Source: Nitrososphaerota archaeon
Lineage (GTDB): Archaea; Thermoproteota; Nitrososphaeria; Nitrososphaerales; Gagatemarchaeaceae
Assembly (NCBI GenBank): GCA_016200045.1
Contig: JACQFN010000005.1
Location: 38,205 to 102,204 of the forward strand
Direction: 5' to 3'
DNA: 64,000 bases
The stretch's first letter is position 1. Each line of letters opens with the position of its first letter. The notes beneath the pieces are model-generated. The model was given only the letters and a program-made list of their open reading frames with translations. It did no database searches and was not told where the DNA came from. This document shows, piece by piece, positions 41,647 to 50,317 of this stretch. The translations under genes were made by a program, and so were the position numbers.

Positions 41647-42743
41647 CAACTGGAGCGGCCTACTCGAGCCGGCTGAAGAGGCTGAGGCAGAGCCTAGAAT
41701 CTTCCAAGCTCGACGGAATGGTCATCGTCCCGGGCCCCAACATGCGGTACTTCAGCGGGGTCAACTCCCTCCTGCTGGAGAGGCCGTTCTTCCTTCTTGT
41801 GCCGGTTGACGGGGGACCTCACCTGGTGGCGCCCGCGCTGGAGGCGGGCCCTTACAGGCACAGCCCGCTGAAGGCGGAGATTCACGGCTGGACCGACTCG
41901 CAGGGGTGGCGGGAAGCCGTCGCGAGCGGGGTCAGGGGCGTGGCGGTCGCGGGAAGATGGGGGGTCGAGGCGAAGGTGCCTTTCCTCTTCTTCAGCAAGA
42001 TTCAGGCCTTGACTCGGGCCAGGTTCGAGGACGCGGAGCCCGTCCTCCAGGGGCTGAGGGAACTGAAGGACGAGGGGGAGGTCGAGCTTCTGAAGTCGTC
42101 GGGAAGAATCCTAGGAAAGGCGTTCGAGAAGTTTCCCGATTTCATGAAGGAGGGAGTGACGGAATCTGAGCTCGCCAGGCTCGCCAGCGACGAGGTCTAT
42201 TCAGGCGGTGCGACCAAGGTCGACGACCTCCTGGTCCAATCGGGAGAGAGGGCGGCAGACCCGCACTCCCTGCCGTCAGGGAAGAAGGTCAGGAGGGGGG
42301 AGAGCATCATATTCGACATCGGCTCGACCTTTGATGGGTACTACGCGGACGTGACCCGGACCTTTTGCATCGGGAAGTCCTTGGATGTCGAGAAGGTGTA
42401 CTCGAAGGTGCTCGAAGCGGAGGAGAAGGGGATAGCCGCTGCTTCTGACGGGACGCAAGTGGGAGAGGTGGACGGAGCAGCGAGGGGGACCCTCGAAAGG
42501 GCAGGACTGGGGAGGTTCTTCATCCACAGGACCGGGCACGGGCTCGGCCTCGAAGTTCACGAGGCACCCTACATCGTGGAGGGTGGAAGGGAAAGGCTCA
42601 GGGAGAGCATGTGCTTTACGGTCGAGCCCGGGGTGTATCAGAGCGGGAAGCTCGGAGTCCGGATAGAGGACGACGTCCTGATCGTAGATGGAAAAGGAGT
42701 GGAGATAACGAGGACGCCGAAAGAGTACGGCTGGTGGGCCTAG
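41643..42743 (+). CDS. pepQ: M24 family Xaa-Pro dipeptidase / aminopeptidase P
   Basis: FDIGSTFDGYYADVTRTF, HRTGHGLGLEVHEAPYI, and FTVEPGVY...GVRIEDDVLI. Confidence 0.85.
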   Translation: MATGAAYSSRLKRLRQSLESSKLDGMVIVPGPNMRYFSGVNSLLLERPFFLLVPVDGGPHLVAPALEAGPYRHSPLKAEIHGWTDSQGWREAVASGVRGVAVAGRWGVEAKVPFLFFSKIQALTRARFEDAEPVLQGLRELKDEGEVELLKSSGRILGKAFEKFPDFMKEGVTESELARLASDEVYSGGATKVDDLLVQSGERAADPHSLPSGKKVRRGESIIFDIGSTFDGYYADVTRTFCIGKSLDVEKVYSKVLEAEEKGIAAASDGTQVGEVDGAARGTLERAGLGRFFIHRTGHGLGLEVHEAPYIVEGGRERLRESMCFTVEPGVYQSGKLGVRIEDDVLIVDGKGVEITRTPKEYGWWA

Positions 42744-42820
42744 GCCACCGACGCCCGTCTGCCCGTCGGAATAGTTCATACCGGGAACGGCTTTAAGAAC
42801 GGGCAGCCCCTGACTGCCTC

Positions 42821-44509
42821 TTGAAGAATTCGGAGGTCGCCGAGCTCCTCGACAGGCTGGGAGACCTCGTCGAGGCAAACGGGGAGGACAGGTTCAAGGT
42901 AATCGCATACCATCGCGCGGCCACAAGCGTCAGGAATCTGGAAGAGGACGTCGAAATGTTGTGGAGGGAAGGGAAACTGGAGGAGATCAAGTACGTGGGC
43001 TCGGGGATAGCCAAGAAGATCGACGAGTTTCTGCAGACGGGGAAGCTCGGGCTGAAGGAGAGGCTGGAGAACGAGGTCCCTCCCGGCGTCCCCACCCTGA
43101 TGAAGGTGCAGGGGGTGGGGCCCAGGACTGCCTACAGGCTGTCGCACGAGCTGGGGATCAATACCGTGGACGGCCTGAAGGAAGCCCTGGAGAAGGGGAG
43201 GCTCGACGGGGAGTTCGGGCCGACGGTCCGCGAGTCCTTTCTCACCGGGATACGCAAGCTCGGGATGTTCGAGAAGAGGATGCTCCTCCCGGAGGCCGAA
43301 GGCGTCTTCCAGGCCCTGGCCGCATACTTCGAGGCGCTGGGAATCAGGATCGGGATGGCCGGGAGCCTGAGGCGGGGGAAGAGCACGGTCGGGGACCTTG
43401 ACATCCTCTCAACGGACGGGAGGGTGATCGACGCAGTCGCGAATTGCCCGGGGGTGGCCCAGGTCACCGAGCGGGGGCCCAGAAGGGCCAGCGTGAAACT
43501 GGAGAGCGGGGTCCAGGTCGACGTCAGGCTGTTCGCTGAAGACGAATATGGCGCCGCGCTCGTGTACTTCACCGGGTCGAAGGACCACAACATAGAGCTG
43601 AGGAGCATCGCAGTCGCGAAGGGGTGGAAGCTGAACGAGTACGGGCTTTTCGCGAAATCGGGAAAGAGGATGGCCGGAACTACCGAGGAGGAGCTCTACG
43701 ACAAGCTCGGGCTGAAGTACGTTCCCCCAGAGCTCAGGGAGAACAAGGGAGAGATAAGGGCGGCGAGAAAAGGGAAGCTACCTAACCTAGTTCGGCTGGA
43801 CGATCTGAAAGGGGACCTTCAGATGCACACGACCTGGAGCGACGGGGGCGCCGAACTCGACGACATGGCGAAGGGGGCGAAGGCGAAAGGGTACGATTAC
43901 ATCGCGGTCACCGACCACTCGGTCTCTGTGAGGGTGGCAAACGGGCTCACCGAGGAGAGGTTCAGGAGGCAGTGGAAGGAGATAGACCGCCTGAACGACG
44001 AACTCTCCCCGTTCAGGGTGCTCAAGGCAGTGGAGGTCGAGATCAAGACCGACGGTGACGTCGACTTCGACCGAAGGTTCCTGGACGAGTTCGACGTAGT
44101 CGGTGCGTCTCTTCATCAGAGCTTCAGGCAGGACGGCACCAGACTCACCGAGAGGGCGGTGAGAGCGCTGTCCCACCCCTCGGTCGACTTCCTCTGCCAC
44201 CCCACGAACAGGCTCATCGGGAGGAGGGAAGGGAACCCGATCGACCTGAAGAAGGTCATCCTGACTGCAAGGGAAAACGGGAAGATGCTGGAGGTCGACG
44301 GTCAGCCCGAGCGTCTGGACCTCGACGAGAATTGGGCGAGGAGGGTGATGGAGGAGGGGGTCCCCGTGGTAATAGACTCCGACGCCCACTCCGTGGACGG
44401 GCTCGACAACATCACATATGGGGTGCTAGTGGCGAGGAGGGGGTGGCTGCGGGCCAAGGACGTGATGAATACCAGGAGTCTCCGGGCCCTCCTCAACCAG
44501 GTCTCATGA
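42821..44509 (+). CDS. polX: family X DNA polymerase with C-terminal PHP domain
   Basis: N-terminal HhH (IAYHRAATSVRNL), NTase motif GSLRRGKSTVGDLDIL, and PHP DLQMHTTWSDG...IAVTDHS. Confidence 0.9.
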   Translation: MKNSEVAELLDRLGDLVEANGEDRFKVIAYHRAATSVRNLEEDVEMLWREGKLEEIKYVGSGIAKKIDEFLQTGKLGLKERLENEVPPGVPTLMKVQGVGPRTAYRLSHELGINTVDGLKEALEKGRLDGEFGPTVRESFLTGIRKLGMFEKRMLLPEAEGVFQALAAYFEALGIRIGMAGSLRRGKSTVGDLDILSTDGRVIDAVANCPGVAQVTERGPRRASVKLESGVQVDVRLFAEDEYGAALVYFTGSKDHNIELRSIAVAKGWKLNEYGLFAKSGKRMAGTTEEELYDKLGLKYVPPELRENKGEIRAARKGKLPNLVRLDDLKGDLQMHTTWSDGGAELDDMAKGAKAKGYDYIAVTDHSVSVRVANGLTEERFRRQWKEIDRLNDELSPFRVLKAVEVEIKTDGDVDFDRRFLDEFDVVGASLHQSFRQDGTRLTERAVRALSHPSVDFLCHPTNRLIGRREGNPIDLKKVILTARENGKMLEVDGQPERLDLDENWARRVMEEGVPVVIDSDAHSVDGLDNITYGVLVARRGWLRAKDVMNTRSLRALLNQVS

Positions 44510-44553
44510 GTGGACTCCAACGGTTAAATCGCGTGGAGCGACGAGCAGAATTC

Positions 44554-44655
44554 GCGGGGGTACTCAAGCCAGGTCAACGAGGTGGGACTTAAGCGCCAAA
44601 CGACCTGGAGATCCCATCCCTTAGGGGTTCGTGGGTTCGAATCCCACCCCCCGCA
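44554..44655 (+). tRNA. tRNA-Leu(UAA) with a canonical 17-nt intron (44594-44610) after position 37
   Basis: Acceptor GCGGGGG/CCCCCGC plus A73. 3-bp D-stem with a long D-loop. Anticodon stem TGGGA/TCCCA with loop CT-TAA-G[intron]A. Long variable arm. T-arm GTGGG-TTCGAAT-CCCAC. Confidence 0.85.
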
Positions 44656-44790
44656 CATCTTGCCGAGTTCAAGGCGGCTGCGTAATTGTTGATTTCCGAC
44701 CTCGATTGTTGCCAGAGGTCTCGGCGACCGCAGGTTATTGCTTCCTTCGGCGAACTGGTGACTTTCGCGGACGGCTGGAAGAGACATCGG

Positions 44791-45279
44791 TCACCTCTGC
44801 GGTTCTGGGCTCCTGGGACGAACGACCTTGAGCTGGTAATAGCCCCTCAGGACCGCCCATACTATACCGCTACCGTATCCTATGCCTCCGAAAACCCAAG
44901 ACCAAGGCGAGGACAGGCCAAAGCTCACCAGGAACGTAGACCCATATGATGTTGGGATCAGGAATGACGAAATACCGAGCAGGGTTCTTACCCAACCCAC
45001 CCTTCTCAACTTTTCGCCGAGGGGGAGGGCTGCGAGGTACATGGTCTGAAGAATCACGTAGGAGAAGAACAGCATGATCATCGTCGTGAAGAGCATGAGG
45101 GCTGCAGACACAGCCAGGAGCCACTCTGTTGTACCCATGAGTCCTGCCGCTAAACTCTGTTTGACTATGGAGACGTTCAGGGAAAGGTTGATCATTGTAG
45201 CACCGAGGAGGAAGCTGGTAATGATCGTCGCCCTGAAGTTCGCGGCGTCTACATCTATCCTAGGTTGGTCACCCGACAT
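44791..45279 (-). CDS. membrane protein, unknown function
   Basis: 162 aa with 4-5 hydrophobic helices. Lower GC than the flanks. Confidence 0.4.
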   Translation of the reverse strand: MSGDQPRIDVDAANFRATIITSFLLGATMINLSLNVSIVKQSLAAGLMGTTEWLLAVSAALMLFTTMIMLFFSYVILQTMYLAALPLGEKLRRVGWVRTLLGISSFLIPTSYGSTFLVSFGLSSPWSWVFGGIGYGSGIVWAVLRGYYQLKVVRPRSPEPQR

Positions 45280-45487
45280 GTCTCACTACAGTTCCTCAGA
45301 GTGTCGTATTATAACCTGATTTCGCCGTTGTCAGCAATTCTGTCCCGTTCCTGCATGTTGCAGGTGGTGTTATTGATTGAGTTGTTAGGACTCCTGCCGA
45401 CATTCAGAGACAAAGCGCCAGTACCGCACTTCCACGAGCCATGCTCACACAGTCCTTAAGTAAGTTCGAGAGGGCTGCGAGAATACA

Positions 45488-46138
45488 TTGAGCCTCACCG
45501 CACTCCCGGTAGGCATCAGGGACCTGTCGCCCGGCCTTTGGATTTGGCGCGCAAGGCACCCGTTTTGGACGGCAGGAGACGACTGGCAGCCAGTGGTCAC
45601 TTCGACCTTCGTCGAGTCCGGGGGCGAGCGGCTGGTGGTGGACCCTCTCGCTCCTACTCTGGATAACATTGGTCTGTGGGAAAGGCTCGACCAGCATCCT
45701 CCAACTGCGGCGGTGGTTACGATGCCGGACCACGTCCGTGACGTCGACCTGTTCGTGCGGCGCTACGGCGCTCGGCCTTTCGGCCCGATGTTGTTTTTCC
45801 CTGACGACCTCCCGAAGAGCAAACTGGAGCCGATCGTCGCGGACAGCAAGCTCCCGGGCGGCTCAATCGCCCTTTACGACGGGCGGGGGCGCCTTGAGAC
45901 CCCGATGTGGCTCCCCGAGCATCGCGTGATCGTGTTCGGGGATGCCCTTACAGAGAGGGGTGGAGAACTTCGAGTCTGGGACTGCAGAGCAGGGCATGAA
46001 AAGCGTGAACTGCCTGCTCTGAAAGCAATGCTCGAGCTCCCCTTCGAGAGAGTGATCATATCCCACTGTGACACCGAACCAGTGCAAACTCGCGCAGACT
46101 TCGAGAAGGCGTTGGAAAGGCCCCCCTGGAAGGGTTAG
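45488..46138 (+). CDS. hypothetical protein, possibly degenerate metallo-beta-lactamase fold
   Basis: RLVVDPLAP...VVTMPDHVRDVDLF...VIVFGDAL...VIISHCD loosely follows the MBL strand/motif order. Weak call. Confidence 0.3.
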   Translation: MSLTALPVGIRDLSPGLWIWRARHPFWTAGDDWQPVVTSTFVESGGERLVVDPLAPTLDNIGLWERLDQHPPTAAVVTMPDHVRDVDLFVRRYGARPFGPMLFFPDDLPKSKLEPIVADSKLPGGSIALYDGRGRLETPMWLPEHRVIVFGDALTERGGELRVWDCRAGHEKRELPALKAMLELPFERVIISHCDTEPVQTRADFEKALERPPWKG

Positions 46139-46466
46139 GCTTCTTCCATAACAAGAGGGAGGAGTCAAGGACTTCGTCCTCCGCTCTTCGGCTCATCTCC
46201 GTACTGGGGGACCGGACTCCTGAAGTCTCCTGTCGTGGACGAAGTCCTCCGCTGTGTGACTGTGGTCTTCAGGTCAGGGGGTTCTTCAAAGGAGCCGGAC
46301 TGGAGCGTCCGATGTTCCACTTTCCTGGCCTGGAAGATCTGCAAGTCGGATTCCCCGTCACCAGCTTGTAGTCCTAGGCTCCCCAAGCGCTCTTCTGAGG
46401 GTCGATATGACCCACTTCTGACAGGTGATGTTCCCCGACGAGTCCCTCCAGTCCAGGGGAACTTGG

Positions 46467-46883
46467 TTACCGTCCGAAGTAGACGAGGGTTTTCGACATG
46501 CCCATCCCTTTTAGAGTCGTGTACCGGCTATAACCATCCTTCAACATCAGGTCATCGCCCCTGACGACCATTGGCCAGATGACTGCGTCGTACTGCAGTA
46601 TCCCGCGACGCAATTGTCTGCTGCGTTCTTGGAGTCTGTGGACGAATGCTCGATTGCTCATCAATGAAACGTCGACTTTGACGTCGGAGGTCCTGACCGT
46701 CCGAAGGGACCATTCGAGTTTGGAGAGTCCGAGTAGCCATGGGTCTCTCGTAGGGTCGATACCGTCGTGTTCGGCGTCCCTCTCCCACTCGTGGCGGATG
46801 TTCTGGTTGATGAGTTTACGAATCTCTGTCGGTTCGTTGATCACCCAATAGGTGACGCCCTCGACCCTTCTGAGTGTCGGCAA
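46467..46883 (-). CDS. ParB/sulfiredoxin-like nuclease-domain protein
   Basis: VIWPMVVRGDDLMLKDGYSRYTTLKGMGMSKTLVYFG resembles the ParB N-terminal domain core (P-x-V...DG-x-x-R). Confidence 0.45.
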   Translation of the reverse strand: MPTLRRVEGVTYWVINEPTEIRKLINQNIRHEWERDAEHDGIDPTRDPWLLGLSKLEWSLRTVRTSDVKVDVSLMSNRAFVHRLQERSRQLRRGILQYDAVIWPMVVRGDDLMLKDGYSRYTTLKGMGMSKTLVYFGR

Positions 46884-46971
46884 ACGCCACCCGGTAGGGT
46901 TTTCGGCACAATAAGTGGTGTGGCTGGCGCGGCTCGCCCTCTGGAGACTCGCAACTTCGACAGTTCTTGCT

Positions 46972-47751
46972 TTAGAACCTGATTTCTCGTACTAGCTTCC
47001 AGAAGCCGGGGTCTTTGGGATCGTCCGGGTTGAAGGTCTGGATCGTTTCCTTCCGGGCCCATTCGACGAGTCTCTTCGAAGCGGCGACGACCGCACCCCT
47101 TTCCCTCTTGCCCCCCGAAAGACCTGACGAGGTCAGGAAGTCACGCTCGAAGTGCCGCGGGCGAATCTTAGACATTGAGATGACGTGCTGATACATGTTC
47201 TTGTCAGAATCCAAGTCGATTTCGTTGAGCGCAGCAACCAGTATTGCGGCGTTCTTGCCGACTATGTATCCGTCCTGGTAGAACTCGGGTACTTCGTCCG
47301 TGGTTCTCTTGTTTAGCATCTTGCCCATGTATTCCACCATGGTCACGTACGAGTACTTGATCACCGCCAGCTTTCTTCGTTCGTTCCAACGCCTTGCCTT
47401 GGCTTTGCTGATGACTCTTTCGAAGTCAGATTTGCGTCCGTACAGGAGCCGAGCTTTCCGGAGCTGTTTCCTGCGCCACAGGAATTGTTCGTCGTCGACG
47501 CCTATGTAGTGGCGCCTGAATGAATCATCGTCGGCTAGCCAACCACTCACGACCCTCCCTCGAAACACGCCGAACAGGTTCCCAATCGAATTCGACGGGT
47601 TCTTCCCCTTCCTGACGACTATTGCGTCATAATCGCTGTGCTTGCGGCCCGTCCCCTCGGCCATGCTGCCATCGACAATCATGAACCGGACTTCCTCGGG
47701 TTTGAGCTTCGTCAGGTCGAACAAGTATTCGACTAGCGAGTTCTCTTGCAT
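46972..47751 (-). CDS. Pol-beta-fold nucleotidyltransferase with helical C-terminal domain (KNTase-like architecture)
   Basis: FMIVDGSMAEGTGRKHSDYDAIVV is the G-S-x(n)-D-x-D minimal NTase motif. About 170 aa helical C-terminus. Confidence 0.6.
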   Translation of the reverse strand: MQENSLVEYLFDLTKLKPEEVRFMIVDGSMAEGTGRKHSDYDAIVVRKGKNPSNSIGNLFGVFRGRVVSGWLADDDSFRRHYIGVDDEQFLWRRKQLRKARLLYGRKSDFERVISKAKARRWNERRKLAVIKYSYVTMVEYMGKMLNKRTTDEVPEFYQDGYIVGKNAAILVAALNEIDLDSDKNMYQHVISMSKIRPRHFERDFLTSSGLSGGKRERGAVVAASKRLVEWARKETIQTFNPDDPKDPGFWKLVREIRF

Positions 47752-47866
47752 GATTGTCAGCCCCCCACGATCTCAACTAATAGTTTTCAGGAGCTACAAA
47801 GTGCGGTTTCGAAAACTCGTGCGTCACCGAATGGTTCTTTGAATACTGAATGCAGTCAACAAGGGC

Positions 47867-48460
47867 GTGGGCATGAGACCCGTGAAAATTGTGGAGAGAG
47901 GGTACGACAGGCATCTCTTCGTCCTTGCGAGGGAGGCTCGCAACAAGAGTGGGCACAAGCCCCCGCCTGGCGGCCTCGGGTCCAAGTATCTGACGAAATT
48001 GAAGCTCATCCTGCCAGTCGGAAAGTACAGGGTGTGGAATCTTCTTACCACCGCCGGAGGCATTTCTTCCTGGCTTGCGCACGAATGCAGGGGCGACCCC
48101 GTTCCGGGCAGACCGTTCGGAATGACCTGGCGCGATGGAAGTTCGGAAGAGGCCATGGTCGTCTACATGGGAGAGAAGCACTCTTCGTTCCGGTTCCGCT
48201 GGCGGGGAGGGGCCGAGGTCAGGTTCTATCTTCACGGAAGGCTGACGACACTGACGCTCGAAGTGGAGTACCCCAAGACGCGCTCCGGGGAGGCCAGGCT
48301 CGTTTCCGAGCTCCCATTTTGGACGTTCGCGCTTGCGAATCTGAAGTCTGTTGCCCTCGGCGGGCCGGATCTGCGCAACGACCTTCCAGGCCGCATCTCA
48401 AAGGCGGGTTTCATAGACCGGTTCCAGGGCACTAAAGTGACCTCAGCCTCCGTGGCCTAA
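47867..48460 (+). CDS. SRPBCC / AHSA1-like family protein
   Basis: ILPVGKYRVWNLLTTAGGISSWL...FRFRW...FYLHGRLTTLTLEVEY. The true start is probably downstream of the listed GTG. Confidence 0.5.
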   Translation: MGMRPVKIVERGYDRHLFVLAREARNKSGHKPPPGGLGSKYLTKLKLILPVGKYRVWNLLTTAGGISSWLAHECRGDPVPGRPFGMTWRDGSSEEAMVVYMGEKHSSFRFRWRGGAEVRFYLHGRLTTLTLEVEYPKTRSGEARLVSELPFWTFALANLKSVALGGPDLRNDLPGRISKAGFIDRFQGTKVTSASVA

Positions 48461-48632
48461 GGGAGGCGACTGTTCGAAGGGGACCAAACAAAGGCAGAGT
48501 CCATCCGGGCAGTGAAGGAAGCACGCTAAGAAATTAGTCGTGTGTCATCAAACCGGGATGCCAGACTCGCCACCATGCTTTTGGATTCAAGGGACTGCGG
48601 ACCGGAAGCGTCTCAATCCGCTTTCCTGCGGA

Positions 48633-48884
48633 CTAGGCGTCACAGAGCCGTTTCGTTTTCACGCTCTGACCGTCGAGCCAGAGGTCTGAGACGGCCCCGT
48701 TCTCGTCCATGGAGGCTTCGAAGTCGCTGAGGAAAGACCTCTTGTCCGACGAGCAGTATATCCGCACCGTGCCGGTGGACAGGTTCCCCCTGATCCTGCT
48801 CTGAAGGCTCGAGACCTTGAGCCTGGCCGGGAGGAGCCTCTGAATCTCGCAGGTCAGCTTTTGGTCGGCAGGGGTCTTTCTCAT
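48633..48884 (-). CDS. hypothetical protein (83 aa) translationally coupled to nirK
   Basis: Its ATG shares one nucleotide with the nirK TAA stop (TAATG). No family recognised. Confidence 0.4.
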   Translation of the reverse strand: MRKTPADQKLTCEIQRLLPARLKVSSLQSRIRGNLSTGTVRIYCSSDKRSFLSDFEASMDENGAVSDLWLDGQSVKTKRLCDA

Positions 48885-50233
48885 TAGTGCATCGCCACTA
48901 CGTACACGGTGCCCTCCATCCATGGATGGTACTCGCAATAATAGTGATAGGTCCCGGGCTGAGTGAAGGTATAGGTGAACGATTCGCCCGAGTCAAGGTT
49001 GTGAGAATCGAAGCTGCCATCTCTTGCCGTCACGGTGTGGGGCGCCGAATCTTGGTTCGCCCAGGTGATCGTGCTGTTCATACCAATAACGACAGTAATC
49101 GTAGTCGGGGAGTAGCCGGCGGAGCTCTGATTCAGCACCGCCCCGTCAGGGATGTTGACTGTCACCCCTGCCTGCTGCTGGCCCGTCGTCGTGGTCGTGG
49201 TGCCGCCCTGTCCGCCGACCTGGAACACGCCTATGGCGCCCCTTGAAGCGTAGGCGAAGGCGTGCGTCACGAACGGGTTCTTTCCGCCAGGGTCCCTGAA
49301 GTACATGTCGACGATCGCCCCGTTAGAGGGCGCGAGGTTGACTGTCTGGAGTCCTCTCTGTACGTTTGCCGGGTTCCCATCCACATAGACCGTGTCCATG
49401 ATCGTGCCTATGACGTGGAAGGCTTCCCATAGTGACGGACCAACGTTGAGAAGATATAGTCTCACGAGTTGATTTGGCAGCACCAGCAACGGGCTCTTCA
49501 TGTACTGAATCGCCTGCCCGTTGAAAACGACGTAATCGGGGTTGGCAGAGAGCATTTTGGTGTAGTTGCCTACCTCGGTACCGTTGGAACCGGCGGACAT
49601 GTAGAACTCGCTCTCGACCAGGACGAAGCTACCCCCAGGCGCGGGAGGGAGAGGGGTCGAAGGCAGCACTATGATTGCTCCATACATCCCGTTGCTGATG
49701 TGTTGGAGGACCGGCGGAGTCCCGCAGTGATACATGAACACCCCCGGGTAGTTGGCGACGAAGGTGAACGTCTTGTTACCCCCAGGAGCGACGGTGGAAT
49801 AAGCCGTCGCCCAGTCTATTTCGGCCGCGTGGAAGTCCATCGAATGCCCCATGGTCGAGTTGTTGATCAGGGTGAACACGACGGTATCCCCTTGGTTGAC
49901 GAAGATGGCTGGGCCCGGGACGGTCCCGTTGAACGTCCAAGCCTGGTAGATGACGCCCTCCGCGACCTCGAGATCCCTCTGATAGGTGTAGAGAGTGATG
50001 TGCCTGGTCGTCGGTGTGACTGTGACGCCCCCCGTCAGGCCGCCAGCGAGGAGCGAGTCGACGGAATCCTTGAGCGTGTTCATCTGTCCTTTGATGCTGC
50101 TCAACTGATTGTTAAGAGAGTCTGACTGGCCGACGACAGTGATCATCATCCCCGCAACGATGACGATCAGAACCACAACGGCCGCTTCCGCAGTCGTCAT
50201 TCCCCTCCGCCGGGATAATCGAACCGGTCGCAT
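48884..50233 (-). CDS. nirK: copper-containing nitrite reductase (NirK-type two-domain multicopper protein) with C-terminal tethered cupredoxin domain
   Basis: GHSMDFHAAE (T1/T2 His), FMYHCGTPPVLQHISNGMYGAIIV (H-C...H...M), AFHVIGTIMDTVYVDG. A Thr-rich linker is followed by a cupredoxin with APHTVTA and YYCEYHPWM. Start ATG 50233 (TATA-like box upstream) or 50200. The 150-aa ORF prefix was rejected. Confidence 0.8.
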   Translation of the reverse strand: MRPVRLSRRRGMTTAEAAVVVLIVIVAGMMITVVGQSDSLNNQLSSIKGQMNTLKDSVDSLLAGGLTGGVTVTPTTRHITLYTYQRDLEVAEGVIYQAWTFNGTVPGPAIFVNQGDTVVFTLINNSTMGHSMDFHAAEIDWATAYSTVAPGGNKTFTFVANYPGVFMYHCGTPPVLQHISNGMYGAIIVLPSTPLPPAPGGSFVLVESEFYMSAGSNGTEVGNYTKMLSANPDYVVFNGQAIQYMKSPLLVLPNQLVRLYLLNVGPSLWEAFHVIGTIMDTVYVDGNPANVQRGLQTVNLAPSNGAIVDMYFRDPGGKNPFVTHAFAYASRGAIGVFQVGGQGGTTTTTTGQQQAGVTVNIPDGAVLNQSSAGYSPTTITVVIGMNSTITWANQDSAPHTVTARDGSFDSHNLDSGESFTYTFTQPGTYHYYCEYHPWMEGTVYVVAMH

Positions 50234-50286
50234 TCCTTGGATGTGTGGAGCTTTAGAGAATATCAACCCGTGTGTGCACTTGAACA

Positions 50287-50294
50287 CTTTTAAC
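50287..50294 (+). promoter_or_regulatory. TATA-like box (CTTTTAAC)
   Basis: About 27 nt upstream of TTG 50318. Confidence 0.35.
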
Positions 50295-50317
50295 TGCAAA
50301 TGACGGTGTGAGAGCAC

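Noticed and set aside
46139-46466. ORFs 46165-46386 (minus) and 46235-46564 (plus) in the gap before the ParB-like gene
   Set aside because: They overlap each other, are low-complexity and carry no motifs. I treat the stretch as non-coding or decayed sequence, so it remains unresolved rather than annotated.
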